DNA of 64,000 nucleotides, from NCBI GenBank assembly GCA_028534125.1, contig CM052821.1:41540001-41604000 (forward strand). Direction: 5' to 3'. Source of the DNA: Lama glama (taxonomy: Eukaryota). The translations under genes and the position numbers were made by a program. Each line of letters begins with the position of its first letter. The stretch's first letter is position 1. Positions 12,940-26,423 of this stretch are shown piece after piece. The notes beneath the pieces are model-generated. The model was not told the origin of the DNA. It saw only the letters and a list, made by a program, of their open reading frames with translations, and did no database searches.

Positions 12940-15285
12940 CAAGTGTTTACAGATGTGGTTGGGTTTAAAATCTATCATCTTGCAATTTGTTTTCTATTTG
13001 ACCCATCTGTTCTTTGTTCTTTTTTTAAAAAAGAATTTTTTTTCTGCCTTCTTTTGGATTGAGTAATTTTATGATTCCGTTTTATTACCTTTGATGGCTT
13101 GTTAGGTTGCTTTAGGCTTTATAATATACATCTATTAGTCAACTTTCAATAATGTACCACCAGTGATAATGTACTGCTTTGTGTATCATATAAAAACTTT
13201 ACAGGAGCACCTTTCCCACCTCCAGGCCTTTGTGCTGTTACTGTCATACATGTCACTTTCATTTACATTATAAACCCTACAATACATCACACACACTGCA
13301 CAGTTTTCTTGTTAAACAGTTGATGAACTTTTAGTAGATTTTAAAAATAAGGATAAAAAGGTCTTTTATATTTACTTATGTACTATTTCTAACACTTCAT
13401 TCCCTTACGCAGCTCTAGATTTCTTTCCAGTATCATTTTCCTTCTGTCTGAAGAACTTACGAACATTTCTTTTGGTTCAAGTCAGCTGTGATGAATTCTT
13501 TCAGCTTTTATATGCCTGAAAAAAACTTTATTTAACCTTCATTTTGTGAAAGATTTTTTTGCTGGTTTTTGAGTTGTAGGTTGACAGATTTTTTTTTCTT
13601 CCAGTACTTTAAAAATATTGATCCACTGTCTTGTGGTTTGCATTGTTTTCTACAAGAAATCTGCAGTCACCCTTACCTTTTTTCTCCCTCTGCATAGATT
13701 GTGGTGTTTTTCCCTCTGACTGCTTTTAAGATTTCCTCATTATCACTGGTTTTCAGAAATTTGGTTATGTTATGCCTTGATCTAGATGTTTCCTATTCTT
13801 AGAGTTTATTGGACTTCTTGGATTTGTAGATTTATACTTTTCAGGAAATTTGGAAAATTTCTGGTCATTATTTCTTTAAATAGTCTTTCCGCCCTGCTCT
13901 TTCAGGGCCTCCAAGCACGTGTGTTTCATCACTCAAAGCTGTCCCGCAGCTCGCTAATGCGATACTCATTTTTTTTCAGTCTTTTTTTTTTTCTGAGTTT
14001 CATTTTGGATAGTTTCTGTTGCTATGTCTTTCAGTATTTTCATCTTTTGTCCTGTTGAGTCTAACAGATTGCAGTTTTCACCTTAGACATTGTATCTTTT
14101 ATCTTTAGAAGTTCCATTTGGGCTTTTAAAATATTTCCCATGTCTTTATTTAACATGCTCAAGCATTTCTCTATCATATGAACTTTATGACTGTTTTAAT
14201 GTCCTGATCTACTAATTTTATTATCTGTCACATTTGGATCTGTTTCTATTGATTGGTATTTATTTCTTCTCATAATAGATTGTGTTTTCCTGCTTCTTTG
14301 CCTGTCTGGTAGATTTTGATTAGATGCCAGTCATTGTGAATCTTCCTATAAATATTCTAGAGCTTTGTTCTGGGATTCAGTTGTTATTTGGAAATACCAC
14401 TGACGCTTGAACAACCCAGGGGTTAGGGACACCGAGCCATTGCACAGTCAAAAAATCTATGTATCATTGATTTTCTGTATCCTCAGTTCCTCCATATCCC
14501 TGGTTCTGCCATCTGCAGATTCAACCAACTGTGGATTCTGTCATACTGTATTATTTACTAATGAAGAAAAAACCCACATGCAAGTGGATTCATGCAATTC
14601 AAACCTGTGTTGTTCTTGGCTCACCTGTAGTTTAATCCTTTTAAGGTTTGCTTTCAAGCTTCATTAGTCAGGATCAGAGTCATTCTTAGCTGCGGGCCAC
14701 TACTGGGGTAATACCCTCTGAGTCTTCTACTAAATGCTCTGTGAATTAGAAAGTTCTTCCTCTCTGCCTGGTAGGAGCACAACCTCTCGCCAGCCCTGTG
14801 TGAGCTCTGTGGGTTGTTTCCTCTGCCCACCTTGGGCAGATCTTTCCCTGACCTCGATGGTTTCCTCACACCCATGCTCTGATCAGCACTCAACTAAAGA
14901 CTTCAGGAAGACTCTTTGTAGTCCTCTGGATATTCCTTTCTGTGTGGCTTCCTCTTATCTGCTATTCCACCATGAAAATCCTAGCCACCTTGGTCTCCCT
15001 GGACTCCCAACTCCATTTCTGTAACTCAAAGAGATAAGCAGGCCCTACCTGGGATCCCTTGTCTTCCTTCAGTCTGGGAACTGTCTCTAGGTGTGCAGCT
15101 GGAGCAGTCATAGAGATTATTTTATTTGTTTTCCACTTCTCAGGAATGACTGTCCTGAGCTGCTTGGTGTCCAATGCTTGAGAACAATTGTTTCATACAT
15201 TTTGTCCAGTTTTCCAATTTTTTTCTGGTAAGAGGATAAATTTGGTCCCTGCTACCCCTTCTGAGCTGAAAGCAGAAGTCTTAAA
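12940..15285 (-). mobile_element. Old L1 (L1M-type) fragment, antisense
   Basis: T-rich L1 antisense signatures (gcttttaagattt…tatcactggttttcag…ttggttatg). Confidence 0.75.
14397..14627. mobile_element. Tigger2-like non-autonomous DNA transposon inside L1
   Basis: Degenerate TIRs (cactgacgcttgaacaac… / …gttgttcttggctcacctg) flanked by TA on both sides. Confidence 0.7.
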
Positions 15286-15296
15286 CTGTGTTTTAA

Positions 15297-15470
15297 CTGG
15301 TGGTTTTCACACTTCAGTACGCTTCAGCATTAACGGGCAGGCTTGTTAAAACACAGGTTTCTGGACCCTCCCTCGGAGTTTCTAACTTGGTATGGGATCT
15401 GAGAGTTTGCATTTTTAACAAATTCTCAGATGCTGCTGAAGCCCCTGGCTCCACATTTGGAGAACAGCTG
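15297..15470. mobile_element. MER5A
   Basis: gcttgttaaaacacag…tttgcatttttaacaa…tttggagaacagctg. Confidence 0.75.
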
Positions 15471-16810
15471 TGTTAAACTATTCAACTAAGAATTTCTCAG
15501 CTAATGTTTATCTACAAATCAGCAATACAGTGTGAACCACACTGATTTTCAAGACAAAACCTGTCAGTCATTGAAATTCAATCATAAGTACTTGGTGTTA
15601 TTTGAATCCACTGAGAAACACATCCAACAAGAACTAAAAAGCTGTTCACACCCCCTTATCTGGTAAATCCAGGAAATAAACTCCATAGAAATCATGTAGA
15701 TGAATCTTTCCCAAGTAATATTTCTTAGAACATTAATACTCTGTGAGTTGTAAAAATTTCTATAGTCAGATAAGGTTAGGAATCTATATTATATTCATAT
15801 ATTTTATGACTCTTTCAAGGGGAAGATAGAATAAAAAGTGTTTCCCAAACTCATTTGACCACAGAACCATTAATTTTGCAAAACACTTACTAGTAACTTG
15901 AGGAACTGTAATGATCCTTGGAAGCCAGTTTGGGAAATACTGGAGCAGACCCTTGGCATTTGTAAGTTTATCATTTTCAATGTTAGCTGTTTGTCAGAAG
16001 AAATGTCATTGCTATAATAATTTGTGGTTCTGCTGGAGCATGGTGGCCTTCTCAGGGAGTGAGTCACTCAGCTAATGAATGAACCCAGCCCACTGCCAGC
16101 AACGTATACCCCAATGTGGCTTTGCTGCTCAGGACACAGTAGCTTTTGTAGTAATAAAAAATGTGCTTGATTTGTGAAATGGCCCTGAAAAAAAAAGTCA
16201 GTTATTGGTTTTAGTGGTGGAAAGAAATGAAAAGAAGAAAAAGGAATTATTGGAGGTGGACATGGAGCTGATAAAAAGGAGGTCTTAGCAAGAAAACAGA
16301 AGTTTGGGGACAGATTTTAAAGGTGGTCTCCTAAATTTGTCACAGACTTGGATCTATATGCAGATAAGCTCATCCTGTAACCCACATGGAGAAGGTAAAA
16401 AGTGATTCATGAATTACTTTAGTGAGAGACAAACCATAGCAAGATAAAATGTTACACAAGCAACTGCCGACTGAAACGTAATTTAAGAGAAAGCTAGAAG
16501 CCTGGGCAGGTGTTTCTGTGAAGCCCCGGGAGGTGCAGACACTCATACAGGAAATAAAGTGTGCTTCTAGAATGAAAAATAAGAGTTTTTCTTTGAGTAT
16601 TATGATGTTAACAAGGGAGGGATGTGGCCTTAGCTGACTATATTCCAAGGAAATGGAATATATTTCCATTAGGTCTTCCCTAAGCTAAAGACTTCACAGA
16701 AGAAAATGAGAAATAAATTTCATGTCTCAGGACCTGCAGACAGTTGTAGGGGAAAAAAGTGCTGCTAATCACAGTGATTCTTTTACAAGAACCTACACTC
16801 AAGTTCTCCT

Positions 16811-17040
16811 ATTACCTCTTCCACACTCTGCTGAGGGGTTTTCTCATTAACTTAATCAGTGCCACCCAGTATTTACTAAGTGGTACGATAGTTATAGGGG
16901 TTTTAAGTGTAAAGAAGTCAGTGCCATTACCTCTTCCACACTCTGCTGAGGGGTTTTCTCATTAACTTAATCAGTGCCACCCAGTATTTACTAAGTGGTA
17001 CGATAGTTATAGGGGTTTTAAGTGTAAAGAAGTCAGTGCC
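16811..17040. repeat. Perfect tandem duplication, 2 x 115 bp
   Basis: 16811-16925 is identical to 16926-17040. Confidence 0.95.
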
Positions 17041-17764
17041 CTGCACGTGAGGACTCCCCGAGGGTGGAGGCTTTTTGAACTACCGTTGCCTGTCTGATCC
17101 ATCTGTGTTTCAACAGAGTCTCTTGCTAAAATGTCAACTCCAAAATTTAAACTAAAATAAAATACAATGTCTACTCCATAAGGGCAGATATTATATCTGT
17201 CTTTGTATTTGTGGAAGACATTTTTATTCATGAGATGAATATTCCTTACCGTAAAGTTTAAAAACAATTTAAATATAGGGGATTGAGTAAGCAAAGAGTT
17301 AACACAATGAAGTAGTAGGCAGCAATAAAAATAAGAATGAAATAATGTCAAGGGGGAAAAACAAATAAAATAGAGCGATACCAATTGTATTCGTTATCTA
17401 AAGCATCCTGAACTTTGCCTTTTCTTGGTGTGTGCTCCAGCTATTCCCGTGTTTGGGATGGCTTTTTCCTGCCTGTACCTGTAGACATTCTACGTCTCTA
17501 CGGCTCAACTGAAGCACCACATCCTCCCTGAAATAGGATGACTTCCGCATCCCTCCATCCTCCTGGAAGATGCTGGTAATTCTCACCCATGTGCCTCTGG
17601 CTTTACCTTCAGTGTTCATGGGTGGACTTCCAACTGCTGGTAGTGGCGTGTCTTTGACTGAGAATCTTCTCCAAGCCTGGAGAAGCCTGCTGCGTCCACT
17701 TGCTAGCCAGGCCAGAATGCTCCCACCAGAAAAGCCCCTGCTCCAAGACTGCCAGAAGGTGACT

Positions 17765-18176
17765 GTTTTAATCAGCTTGGGCTGCCATAGCAAAGCACGG
17801 CAGACTGGGAGGCTTAAACCACAAGTTCCTCTCTCGTGGTTCTGGAGGCTGGGAAGTCCAAAGTCAACGTGTCTGCCATTTAGGTTCCCAGTGAGAGCTC
17901 CTCCTGGTTTTCAGAGTCTTCCTCCTGTGTCCTTACATTACAGAGAGGGAGGGAGGGGGAGAAAGGGGAGGGGAACAGAGAGAGAAAGAGAGAGACAGAG
18001 AGAGGGAGAGAAAGAGAATCTCTGGTGTCTCTTCTTGCCCTGTTATGAGGACCACACCCTCATGACCTCATGTAAACCTAATTACCTCCCAAATGCCCCA
18101 TCTCCTAATACCATCACATGGGGGTTAAAACTTAAACATACGGATTTTGAGGGGACACAACATTCAGTCTATAGCA
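17765..18176. mobile_element. MLT1A-type LTR containing a (GA)n tract
   Basis: tgggctgccatagc…ttctggaggctgggaagtcc…acattcagtctatagca. Confidence 0.8.
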
Positions 18177-18575
18177 TTGATGTGTAATCATCTCAGCTCC
18201 TTTGCTCTGTGGGTGGAATAACCCTGAGGTCACGTCCATATCATTTCTGGGTTTCCCTGGGGGATACAGCTCCTCCCACGGCCCCCCTGTGGTGACCGGT
18301 TTGTCAGCCACCTTCTCTTATCTGTCTCACTTCCCCACTCACCTTCCTTCCTACACCCTCTAGAGAAAGCTACCTGTTCTCACATCCTTGTGTCAGGCTC
18401 TGCTCCCCATCTGGCTCCTGTATTCCTGTATTGTAATGTCTCTCACGTTATTCTCTTTACTGAGGTTTTGTGAATGTCTGGGCCCTTGTAACTAAACTGC
18501 AAACTGAGAACAGAAACCTTTAAATACTGTATCCCCCAAAGCCTAATAAAGTACCTTGCCCATAGCAGGTGCCTT

Positions 18576-18630
18576 AAAAACAAAACAAAAACAAAAAGAA
18601 AACAAAAAAACCAAAAACCAAAAACAAAAA
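18576..18630. repeat. A-rich (AAAAC)n-like microsatellite
   Basis: aaaacaaaacaaaaacaaaaag… run. Confidence 0.8.
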
Positions 18631-19653
18631 CCCTAGATCAATTATCTACATTAAACCAATTGGGGATTTTTTAAGAAGAAAGGGACCATAGAAATCTAAC
18701 ACCTAAACAGTTCACAGCATTCTTTGCGGCAGGAAATAAAACAGATTATTCAAGCAAAGTTTTATGAATCGTAATTATTGATTTAAAATCTTGTAAACTA
18801 CTGTTTCAAGTTCAAAGTGAAGCTTCAAGTTTAATCAATATATGGAATATATTTTGGCCTGTTCTGGTTGAAAAAATTCAGTATCCATTGAGGGAATCAG
18901 CGGGCACAAGATGTGAATTGAGTCCATATTTCCTAACAGCGTTCAGAAACCCATGTGGTCCAGCCCCCACTGCCCTTTCTAGCTTTATCTTCCATTCTCC
19001 TTTCACCATTCCTATATACACAGTTGTGATCTTCATGTAAACAATTTGTATTTCAAATTTATCTTTGCTTGTTAACAAAAGTGCGTAATACCACGGATCT
19101 CACTTCAATGGAAAAATTATCATTGTTTAATTGAGGAGAAAAAGCAACTCCACATTAATAATGCTTCTTTAGACCCCACTTTTTCTTCCCTGTCATTACT
19201 ATATTGTCTGTGTGTCTTTATTAACAAATGGATTTAGATATCTAGGAATTTGATAACATGATCTGAATTGGAATAATGATTTACATGTCTTTCAAAGTTA
19301 CTTCCCAAGTCTAATTCTGCAGCCAGCATCTTGAAGACAGATATCTACAAGCCACAAAAAGGCAAGGGAACCATCTCTATGCTGTGTAAAATCTGAGGAA
19401 CATAAACAATTGGCATCATTCTTTTAAGAAATAATACAAATACTACTCATTCATAGAAATATCGGCCAATACAGAGAAATAAAAAGAAGAAAAAACACAG
19501 TAATACTTTTGATCAAAGCAAAATGCTACTAAAATTTTAGTGTATCCCTTTCAGACTTTTTTGCATAGGATTTTTAACATACATATTTACAGGGCTCATG
19601 GTGTGCACGTGTTTATTTTCCCCCTCTTTCTGCACTCAGCCAATGTCATACGC

Positions 19654-20079
19654 TGTGGCAGATGCCACACGTGGGATCACTCAACACCCAGTCACTCTTC
19701 TCACACAGCCTCCCATCCTCCAGAAGCTGGAAAGCTAAACAATTCCACGACTCCCTTGCAGCTTGGCCTCCACATATAACTGAGTTTCCACCAAGCCCTG
19801 ATGGGAGATCCATTCCTTGAGGCAGATGGGGAAGGCAAGTGAGTACCTGAAGTGATGGCCAAGGTCAGGGACGGCAGATCTTCTGGGAGCTAAGGTAGAA
19901 AGTCTCCCCTCAAGCTCCAGAATAATAACTGTTGAGAGGCAGGCAGGGGCAGTGCTGGGGTCTCCTTAAAAAATGCAGCACCTGGGGTCGGCAATCGATC
20001 CTGACGCTGTAGCACCATTTGCCCCCCTGCTTCCTCTCAGAAAGTCTGTTGTCTGCAACGAAGACCCCTAATGAATACA
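19654..20079. mobile_element. ERVL LTR (LTR16-like) remnant
   Basis: tgtggcagatgc… start and ctgttgtctgcaac…gaataca end. Confidence 0.5.
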
Positions 20080-20749
20080 TGGGAACACCTTTCCATGTGC
20101 AAAAATACAAGTCAAAAAACGCCATATTAATGGCTACCAGTAGAATCGTAGAGTTTTAGAGCTAAGTGGGACCACAGCAATCAGCTAGACTTAAGAAAAC
20201 CACACTCAAATGGACAGCAGTGGAGGCAGGACCACATGCAAGTCCCCCTGTGTCCTCTCTGTAGAGAGAATTTCTTCCATCCTTGTGTCCCAGTGAGATG
20301 GGACACACATGGCTGTGCTCCAAATTAAACTTTGGCATTTTATGTTGCAAGACGTACTTATCTATCATCTGGTGGGCTTGAGCCCAAAAAGGACAGTCAG
20401 AGCGTGATGCCTTTTTAATGTGTTGCTTCCTTTTCACATCCATCTCCATTTCTACGCCAGCCCTCAGCCCCCAGCGCAGACCCAGCCCCAGACCTGCTCC
20501 CCTGGATGAGGCCCAGCTGGCTGATTCAGGGCGCCGCTTCTAAGCGCTGTAGCCTTCACTCCAGTCAGCGCTGGCGGTGGGGGAGCATCTCCTCAATGCA
20601 GAGGTTTCTATCTGGTTTGTTTGAATGGAGACTTGCTCCCAAGGAGCTAGCAGTCTTTAGTGCCGTCAAACAAAGGTACTTTTTTTTTTTTTTCGGTCTT
20701 CTCATATGACACGAAGGAATCATTGTTGAAAGGCCCCATTTGGTAATGG

Positions 20750-20960
20750 AAAGAGTGTGAGCTTTGGATCCAGACTGGATTTGAATCCCAGCTCTGCAGT
20801 TTACTAGCTATATGGCTATGGGACAAGTTATTCAGTCTCTCACTTGACCTAACTGTAAAATGGAAAGGAAGATAATGCCCTTACAAGGCTGTTGTTTGGA
20901 CCAGAAGAAATATTTCTATAATGTTTGGCACGCAAGGGACAATAAAGCGTTACTGTCATT
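20750..20960 (+). mobile_element. MIR SINE
   Basis: ttgaatcccagctctgc…tactagct…ctgtaaaatgg core. Confidence 0.75.
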
Positions 20961-22261
20961 GGGTTGCAATATAGACTGCTGGCTTGAAGAACAGACAACA
21001 GTGTGTCCATTGGCTCTTTCCCATTTATGATTTTACAGCTGAATATTGACAGAAGAATAAGATCACTCCAGGGTAACCCACTGCCGTTCCACAGAGGATT
21101 CAGACGGCTCTGCAAGTCCATGTAAACATACATATTTGAGCTCACACCCAGCCGTCAGCAGGTCATGGCGTCGGCTTCTGCTGCAGCCCTCCAAGTCTTC
21201 TGCTGAAGTGAACACAGGGACAAATAAATCAAAAGCTTGGGTCTTTCCACATACGCCATTATTTAAGAATTAGGAATGGGAATTAGGTATTCCCACAATC
21301 TTTTTGGAACAGTGTAAGTCAATAATGTTTACAGTAAAATCTAGGTCAGCTCTCCTTATAAACACATATATAGAGAACTTATAGGAGCTATTTTTGTTTT
21401 AGGTATTAACCTTTTTTTTGATAGCTCAACACTTTCCTTATGAGGTGAGAGCTGCAGGAACATGACTGCTCTTATTTTCTTTTACAAGAAAAGGTTCATT
21501 TTACAAATGACATTTAATCCCATATGGGAGGATTACACAAAAATCCTGGCAGGCATACGCCATAAGTAATTACGTGCCTGTCAATTACAGCATTGTGCAT
21601 TGTTTCCAAAATCCTGTTAACCTTCCTTACATCATTTCTTAGAGAAGCATCACTTACATACATATACACAATATTTTACTGGAAATTTTTATGAAGTTTT
21701 CCTTTGAAGTTCAGTGATCAAAACACTCGTGGAAATCTTATTTAACTACATTTGAAATGAAATATACACCCAAATGCTAATTCTTAAATCCCAAATTAGA
21801 CTCATTTTCTACTTAGTCTTTCTCAGAATGGGGGATAAACATAAAAATTCTTTGATAAGCACTATTGCAGACTCTAAAATTTTTTCTTAAAATTTGGTGG
21901 GTAAATATACATTTATTTGTATAGAATCTGCAGCAAGAAACAAATTTATGTAACAGTTAGAATATATATTTTTTATTTTCCTGGAAGTATCTGGTGATCC
22001 TTATCACAAGGGAGATAATAAAAAACTATTTAATGCATTCTCTAGGATGCTTTGTTCCTCAGACTTCAGTTTTAGGGGGGAAAGAAGTAGGTTTCCTACT
22101 GGTTATGGCTTTGAGAATTTACTCCCATTTCTCCAAAAGGGTTTCTTAACACAGAAGTTAACATTTGTGTGAAACTTCAACGTTGTCCCCAAAACAAGAG
22201 GTCAAGTAGGGTAGGCACTGAAAAATGGTAGTTGGTTTGGCCAGAGGGACTCTCTGATGAC

Positions 22262-22724
22262 CACAGTGAGAGTCTCATAAGGATGCAGTCAAAGTTTCAG
22301 CCAGGGCTGGAGTCATTTCACTGCCCGACAGGACTGTAGAATCTCCTTCCAAGCTCACTCATGTTTTTGTTGGGAAAAGGCTTCAACTTCTCAGGGGCTG
22401 TTGGCTGGAGGCCTCTGTCCCTCACCATGTGGGCCCTCCATAGGCTGCTTGAGTGTCCTCCTGACATGGCAGCTGGCTTCCCCAGAGCAAGTGATCCACC
22501 CAACAGAGAAAGAGAGACAGAGACAGAGACATAGATGGAGGAGTGGGGGGGGGGGCAACAGGAGGAAATCAATGCCTTTTCTCACCTTGTCTTAGAATCA
22601 CACACTTGAATCTATTTTCTAGAAGGACGTCACTAATCCAGCACACACTCAAGGAAAGGGGACTTAAATGCCACCTGATGAAGGGAGGAGTAGCAAAGGA
22701 CATAGTTTTAAACTACCACAATCA
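22262..22724. mobile_element. MLT1 LTR
   Basis: tgcagtcaa…cagccagggctg…gacatggcagctggcttcccc…aactaccaca. Confidence 0.75.
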
Positions 22725-22886
22725 AGGAGGGGAGGGTATTGCTCAAGTGGTAGCGAGCGTGCTTAGCATGCATGAGGTCCTGGGTTCAATCCCCAGTACC
22801 GCTTCTAAAAATAAATAAATAAACCTAATTACCTCCCCCCTCCAAATATCAAATAAATAAATTAAATAACATTAAAAAAAAAAAAC
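22725..22886 (+). mobile_element. tRNA-Ala-derived SINE (camelid Vic-1-like) with TSD
   Basis: Pol III A-box-like and B-box (GGTTCAATCC) motifs, A-rich tail, 14-bp TSD AACTACCACAATCA (22711-24 and 22887-900). Confidence 0.88.
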
Positions 22887-23004
22887 AACTACCACAATCA
22901 GCTGGGAGTCCTAACTGCAAATAACAGAAAACCCATCTCAAAGTGGAATAAACATCAGTGGAAACTCCTTTGCTCCCAAAATGAGTAGTTTGTTTCAGAG
23001 CTCG

Positions 23005-23070
23005 CGCTCTCTCTCTCTCTCTCTCTTTCTCTCTCCCTCTCTCTCCTCCCTCTCTTCCTCTCTCCCTCTC
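23005..23070. repeat. (CT)n microsatellite
   Basis: ctctctct… run. Confidence 0.85.
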
Positions 23071-24829
23071 TGTGCTGAATCATCCTCAGGCTGGCTTCCT
23101 ACCAGCAAAGTGACTGTAGCAACTCTAGGCCTCATGTACGCACACAGCACCTGCCCGGAGAGCAGGGCCCGATCTCAGCACCCAGCAGAGCTGGTCACAT
23201 GACCACCACCCCCAGGAGTCCAGGAGTGGGAAGGCTCTGATTGGCCCCAGTGCTCCACCCCAAATCAGGGCTATGGAGGCACTTCCCTAAAAGCACATGG
23301 ACCCCCAAATAATAACCCTGCACCTCTGGGAAAAGAGGAATAAATGCTGGAGAGGCAACCATGAAAACATGAAAATCTACTACAAAAGTCAGGTAAGCTT
23401 TTGTGAGCGTTTAAAAGAAACTGAAGAGAAAGGAATATAATTAAGAATGCCAACGAAATGAGTCAGAAGCACAGGCAGGGTGGACAAGCTCGGGAAGGGC
23501 TGGAGGACCACCTGTTCCTCTGAGGTCAGGGACAGCAAGCGTAAACACAGGAGAAAATACGAGTGAATAGAGGCAAAGTGCAGGAGGGCTGAGACACTGC
23601 TGGCCGGTGGTCGGGAATTCGAATGAAGGAGAAGGTGATGTCACCAATGGAAAATAACGGAGAAAAGTGAAATAGGGCATTGCAGGGGTTAAGATGGATG
23701 AAATGGACTGACTTGGCGGTTAAGGCTAATGGTATTCTTCATAGTAGTAGAGCTAGAAAAACTCCGCTGTAATAAGGAAACATAAGCAGAGCTAGAAAAG
23801 CAAGAAAGCTCTGATAGAAAAGAAAACCTGAAGAGTGCTGGAACAGGAGATAATAGAATTGAAGGGAAATGGTACTCACTAAAGAAAAGGTTAAGAAATA
23901 ATGCAGGTTATACGAAAGTGGACTTTGAAGCAACTTTTTAAAAAAAGCAACCACGGCAAATATCGAGACAAAGACACACTAATCTACTTTTCAAAATGTA
24001 AGTATATATAACTTATTTTCTCTGCCAGAAAATGCATCACAGAGTTTTAGGGCTGAGTATGAGTAATTTTTAATTCCCACCACTGCTGCTAAATCTTGGC
24101 TAAGAAATAAGGCGGGAACAGCTGCTTCTTTTTTTTATTATTAAGCATGTAGATTAGCAAAATGAGAATTTATTTTTTCCTTTATTTAGCATATAGTAAA
24201 AGATTTCTCTCCATCTAGCTGGCTGCTGGGAAGGAATCCTTGCCCTAAAATAAAACAAAGGAGCCCTGTGTTTAATTCACATTCATCTGGTCCAGAGTTT
24301 TGTTAAGAAAAAGTAGCGTGAAATAAAGAGAATAAAAATATTTGAAAAATCTGGCCTTGGAGCACAAGGTCATGAAGAAAGGCAACCTTGGTTCAACTTG
24401 CCTTAGGACAGTGACCTTGACAAAGGGCTTTGATTCAGAATTGGTTAATGGGTTCCAGAGACTGAAGGAGCTGTTATAAGTACAGAGTGCATTTCTTAGG
24501 AAAAAGAAACATCCTGCTGGACACATTTAACCTTCAACTTTGCCTCTTAGAATATAAGTTTGAAGGGGTCAAACAGACTAGGACCCTATGGAATTAAGAA
24601 AAGCTTATTCTTCTTCATGAGGGCAAATTTCTCCCACTAGATTTTCCCAAGGCACACAATTTACATTCTACTGGCAGGCTCTTAATTAATTGTTTTGGAA
24701 AATACTTACTACTTTCTTACCACCAAACCTCTCAGTAAGCAACATAAGATGAATGCTCAGCAAAGCCCCATTTCTATTTCTTTCTCAGGGCAGAGGAGGA
24801 CATCAAGATATCCTTGCTTAACGTAACAA

Positions 24830-25070
24830 TCATCATTTCTTGAGTGTTTACCATGTCCTGGGTGCTATAGTTGGATTTTACATACAGCACCTGATTTAAT
24901 CTTCCCAACTATCCTGCAAGGTGTGTGATATCATCATTTTATAGATAAAGAAACAGATGTAAAGAAGTGAAGTAATAGGTCAAGCTCACAGAGCTGGTAG
25001 GCGTCCGCGCTGTATGTTGAAACAACGTCTGTTTGATTCCAAAGATCATGCTGTTTCTTTTGCACCGCTC
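24830..25070 (-). mobile_element. MIR SINE
   Basis: tttaatcttcccaac…cattttatagataaagaaac. Confidence 0.65.
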
Positions 25071-25825
25071 TGTCCAAATAAACTGAAAGAATTTCTTAAC
25101 ATTTATAACGAAAAGAGACAACAGTTTAAAGAGAAATAAGATACTTTAAAATGTTGATAATTAAATACAAATACAGATTTAGTCAAAATCAAATGTTGTA
25201 TGTTATCCTCAGACTCACTGTAAAATATACACAGATACACAGAGGGACAGCTAGCAGACATACTTGTAGGTCAGAAGCAAGCCCAACTCCAAATGATAGG
25301 ATGTGGTTGTGGAATTTAGGGACAACATGAACATGTCAGAAAGCAAACAGGTCAGGTTCTGGAGGCATCAAGAACCCAACAGCAGGAGAGAACAGACGAT
25401 GGTTTGCTGAAAACCAGTGTGGTAGCGAAATTCACTGATAGCTTCATTCAGTAGAAACACAACATAGACCAATGTAAGAAAAAAAAGTAACTGTAAGCAG
25501 CAGAGCTAAAGTGAATGTAGACTCTGAACGGCAGAATTTCCTTGTCAGCCCAAGAAGTCAAGCCTCTGTGACATTAGCTGATGTCATGAAAATACGGACT
25601 GCCCATATTTAGCAAAGCTCACAGCAGGCGGGAATGCTTCCAGACTCCTGCCACACTATCAGGAGATATCAATCACCACTCTGTGTTTTCGCTAAGTACT
25701 TGGTGGACAGAGAATAAGGCTGCTCTTATAATGGGTTTATCCTGGATTGGCCCCAGAATATAAAATAAAACAATAATGATATTATAAGCCACTTCTGTAG
25801 TTTGTCATGCAGATATACACCAGGG

Positions 25826-26031
25826 CAGTGGCTGTCAACCAAAGCCCTCTGTCCCCTTCCCCCGAGAAGGCATGTGGCAGTGTCTGGAGACTTTTTGATT
25901 GTTACAATGTGGAGGGAGGGGTGCTACTCGCATCTGGTGGGCGGAGGCATCCTACAAAGCACAAAACAGGCCCCCCCAACTAGGAATTACCCAACCCCAA
26001 ACGTCTGTAGTGTGGAGGCTGAGAAGCTCTG
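25826..26031. mobile_element. MER20 (hAT-Charlie)
   Basis: cagtggctgtcaacc…ggcagtgtctggagac…gtgctac…gaggctgagaagctctg. Confidence 0.8.
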
Positions 26032-26415
26032 CACTAAAGAAGGCTCCCGCATCTGTGGCCTGAGGGAGACCCCCTAGGCACAGCCCTTTTTGAAAAGCTC
26101 CCCACTCTCTCAAATATCAATTGTCAGGGATCATCACTTCTGGCACAGAGGTCATCAGTAGGCCTACAATATGAACCCGAGAGAGATAGCATTGTTTATT
26201 TTTCTTTTCATCTAAAACAATAAATCAGCCTGTAGCTCAGGTATGGCGTACCCTGGACTGTCACTGCCGTTCCTGGGCTTTTCTGACATCAACAAACTTA
26301 ACCCCAGGCCCTTTGGCGCCCCGTTTCTGGCCGGCTTGGTCACTTTGCTCCAGCCCCTGCCCCCGCAGCAGCGGTGGTGGGAAAAGCAAAACACTTCGGT
26401 AATGAGGCGTTTTTG

Positions 26416-26423
26416 TAACGTCA
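26416..26423 (+). promoter_or_regulatory. CRE-like element TAACGTCA
   Basis: TAACGTCA is seen directly upstream of exon 1; it is the same variant CRE recalled for the mouse Csrp2 promoter (ATF2/CREB). Confidence 0.6.

Noticed and set aside
14637-14646. CArG CCTTTTAAGG upstream of CSRP2
   Set aside because: Lies inside an old L1 about 12 kb from the promoter with no supporting context.
16811-17040. CRISPR-like or array interpretation of the tandem repeats
   Set aside because: Two-copy duplications without spacers in a mammalian genome.
17570-18187. 205-aa ORF
   Set aside because: Runs through an MLT1A LTR and a GA microsatellite; no recognisable domain or splice structure.
1-26200. Hidden gene or processed pseudogene upstream of CSRP2
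   Set aside because: No ORF resembles a known protein and no consistent exon chain was found; a lncRNA cannot be excluded from sequence alone.
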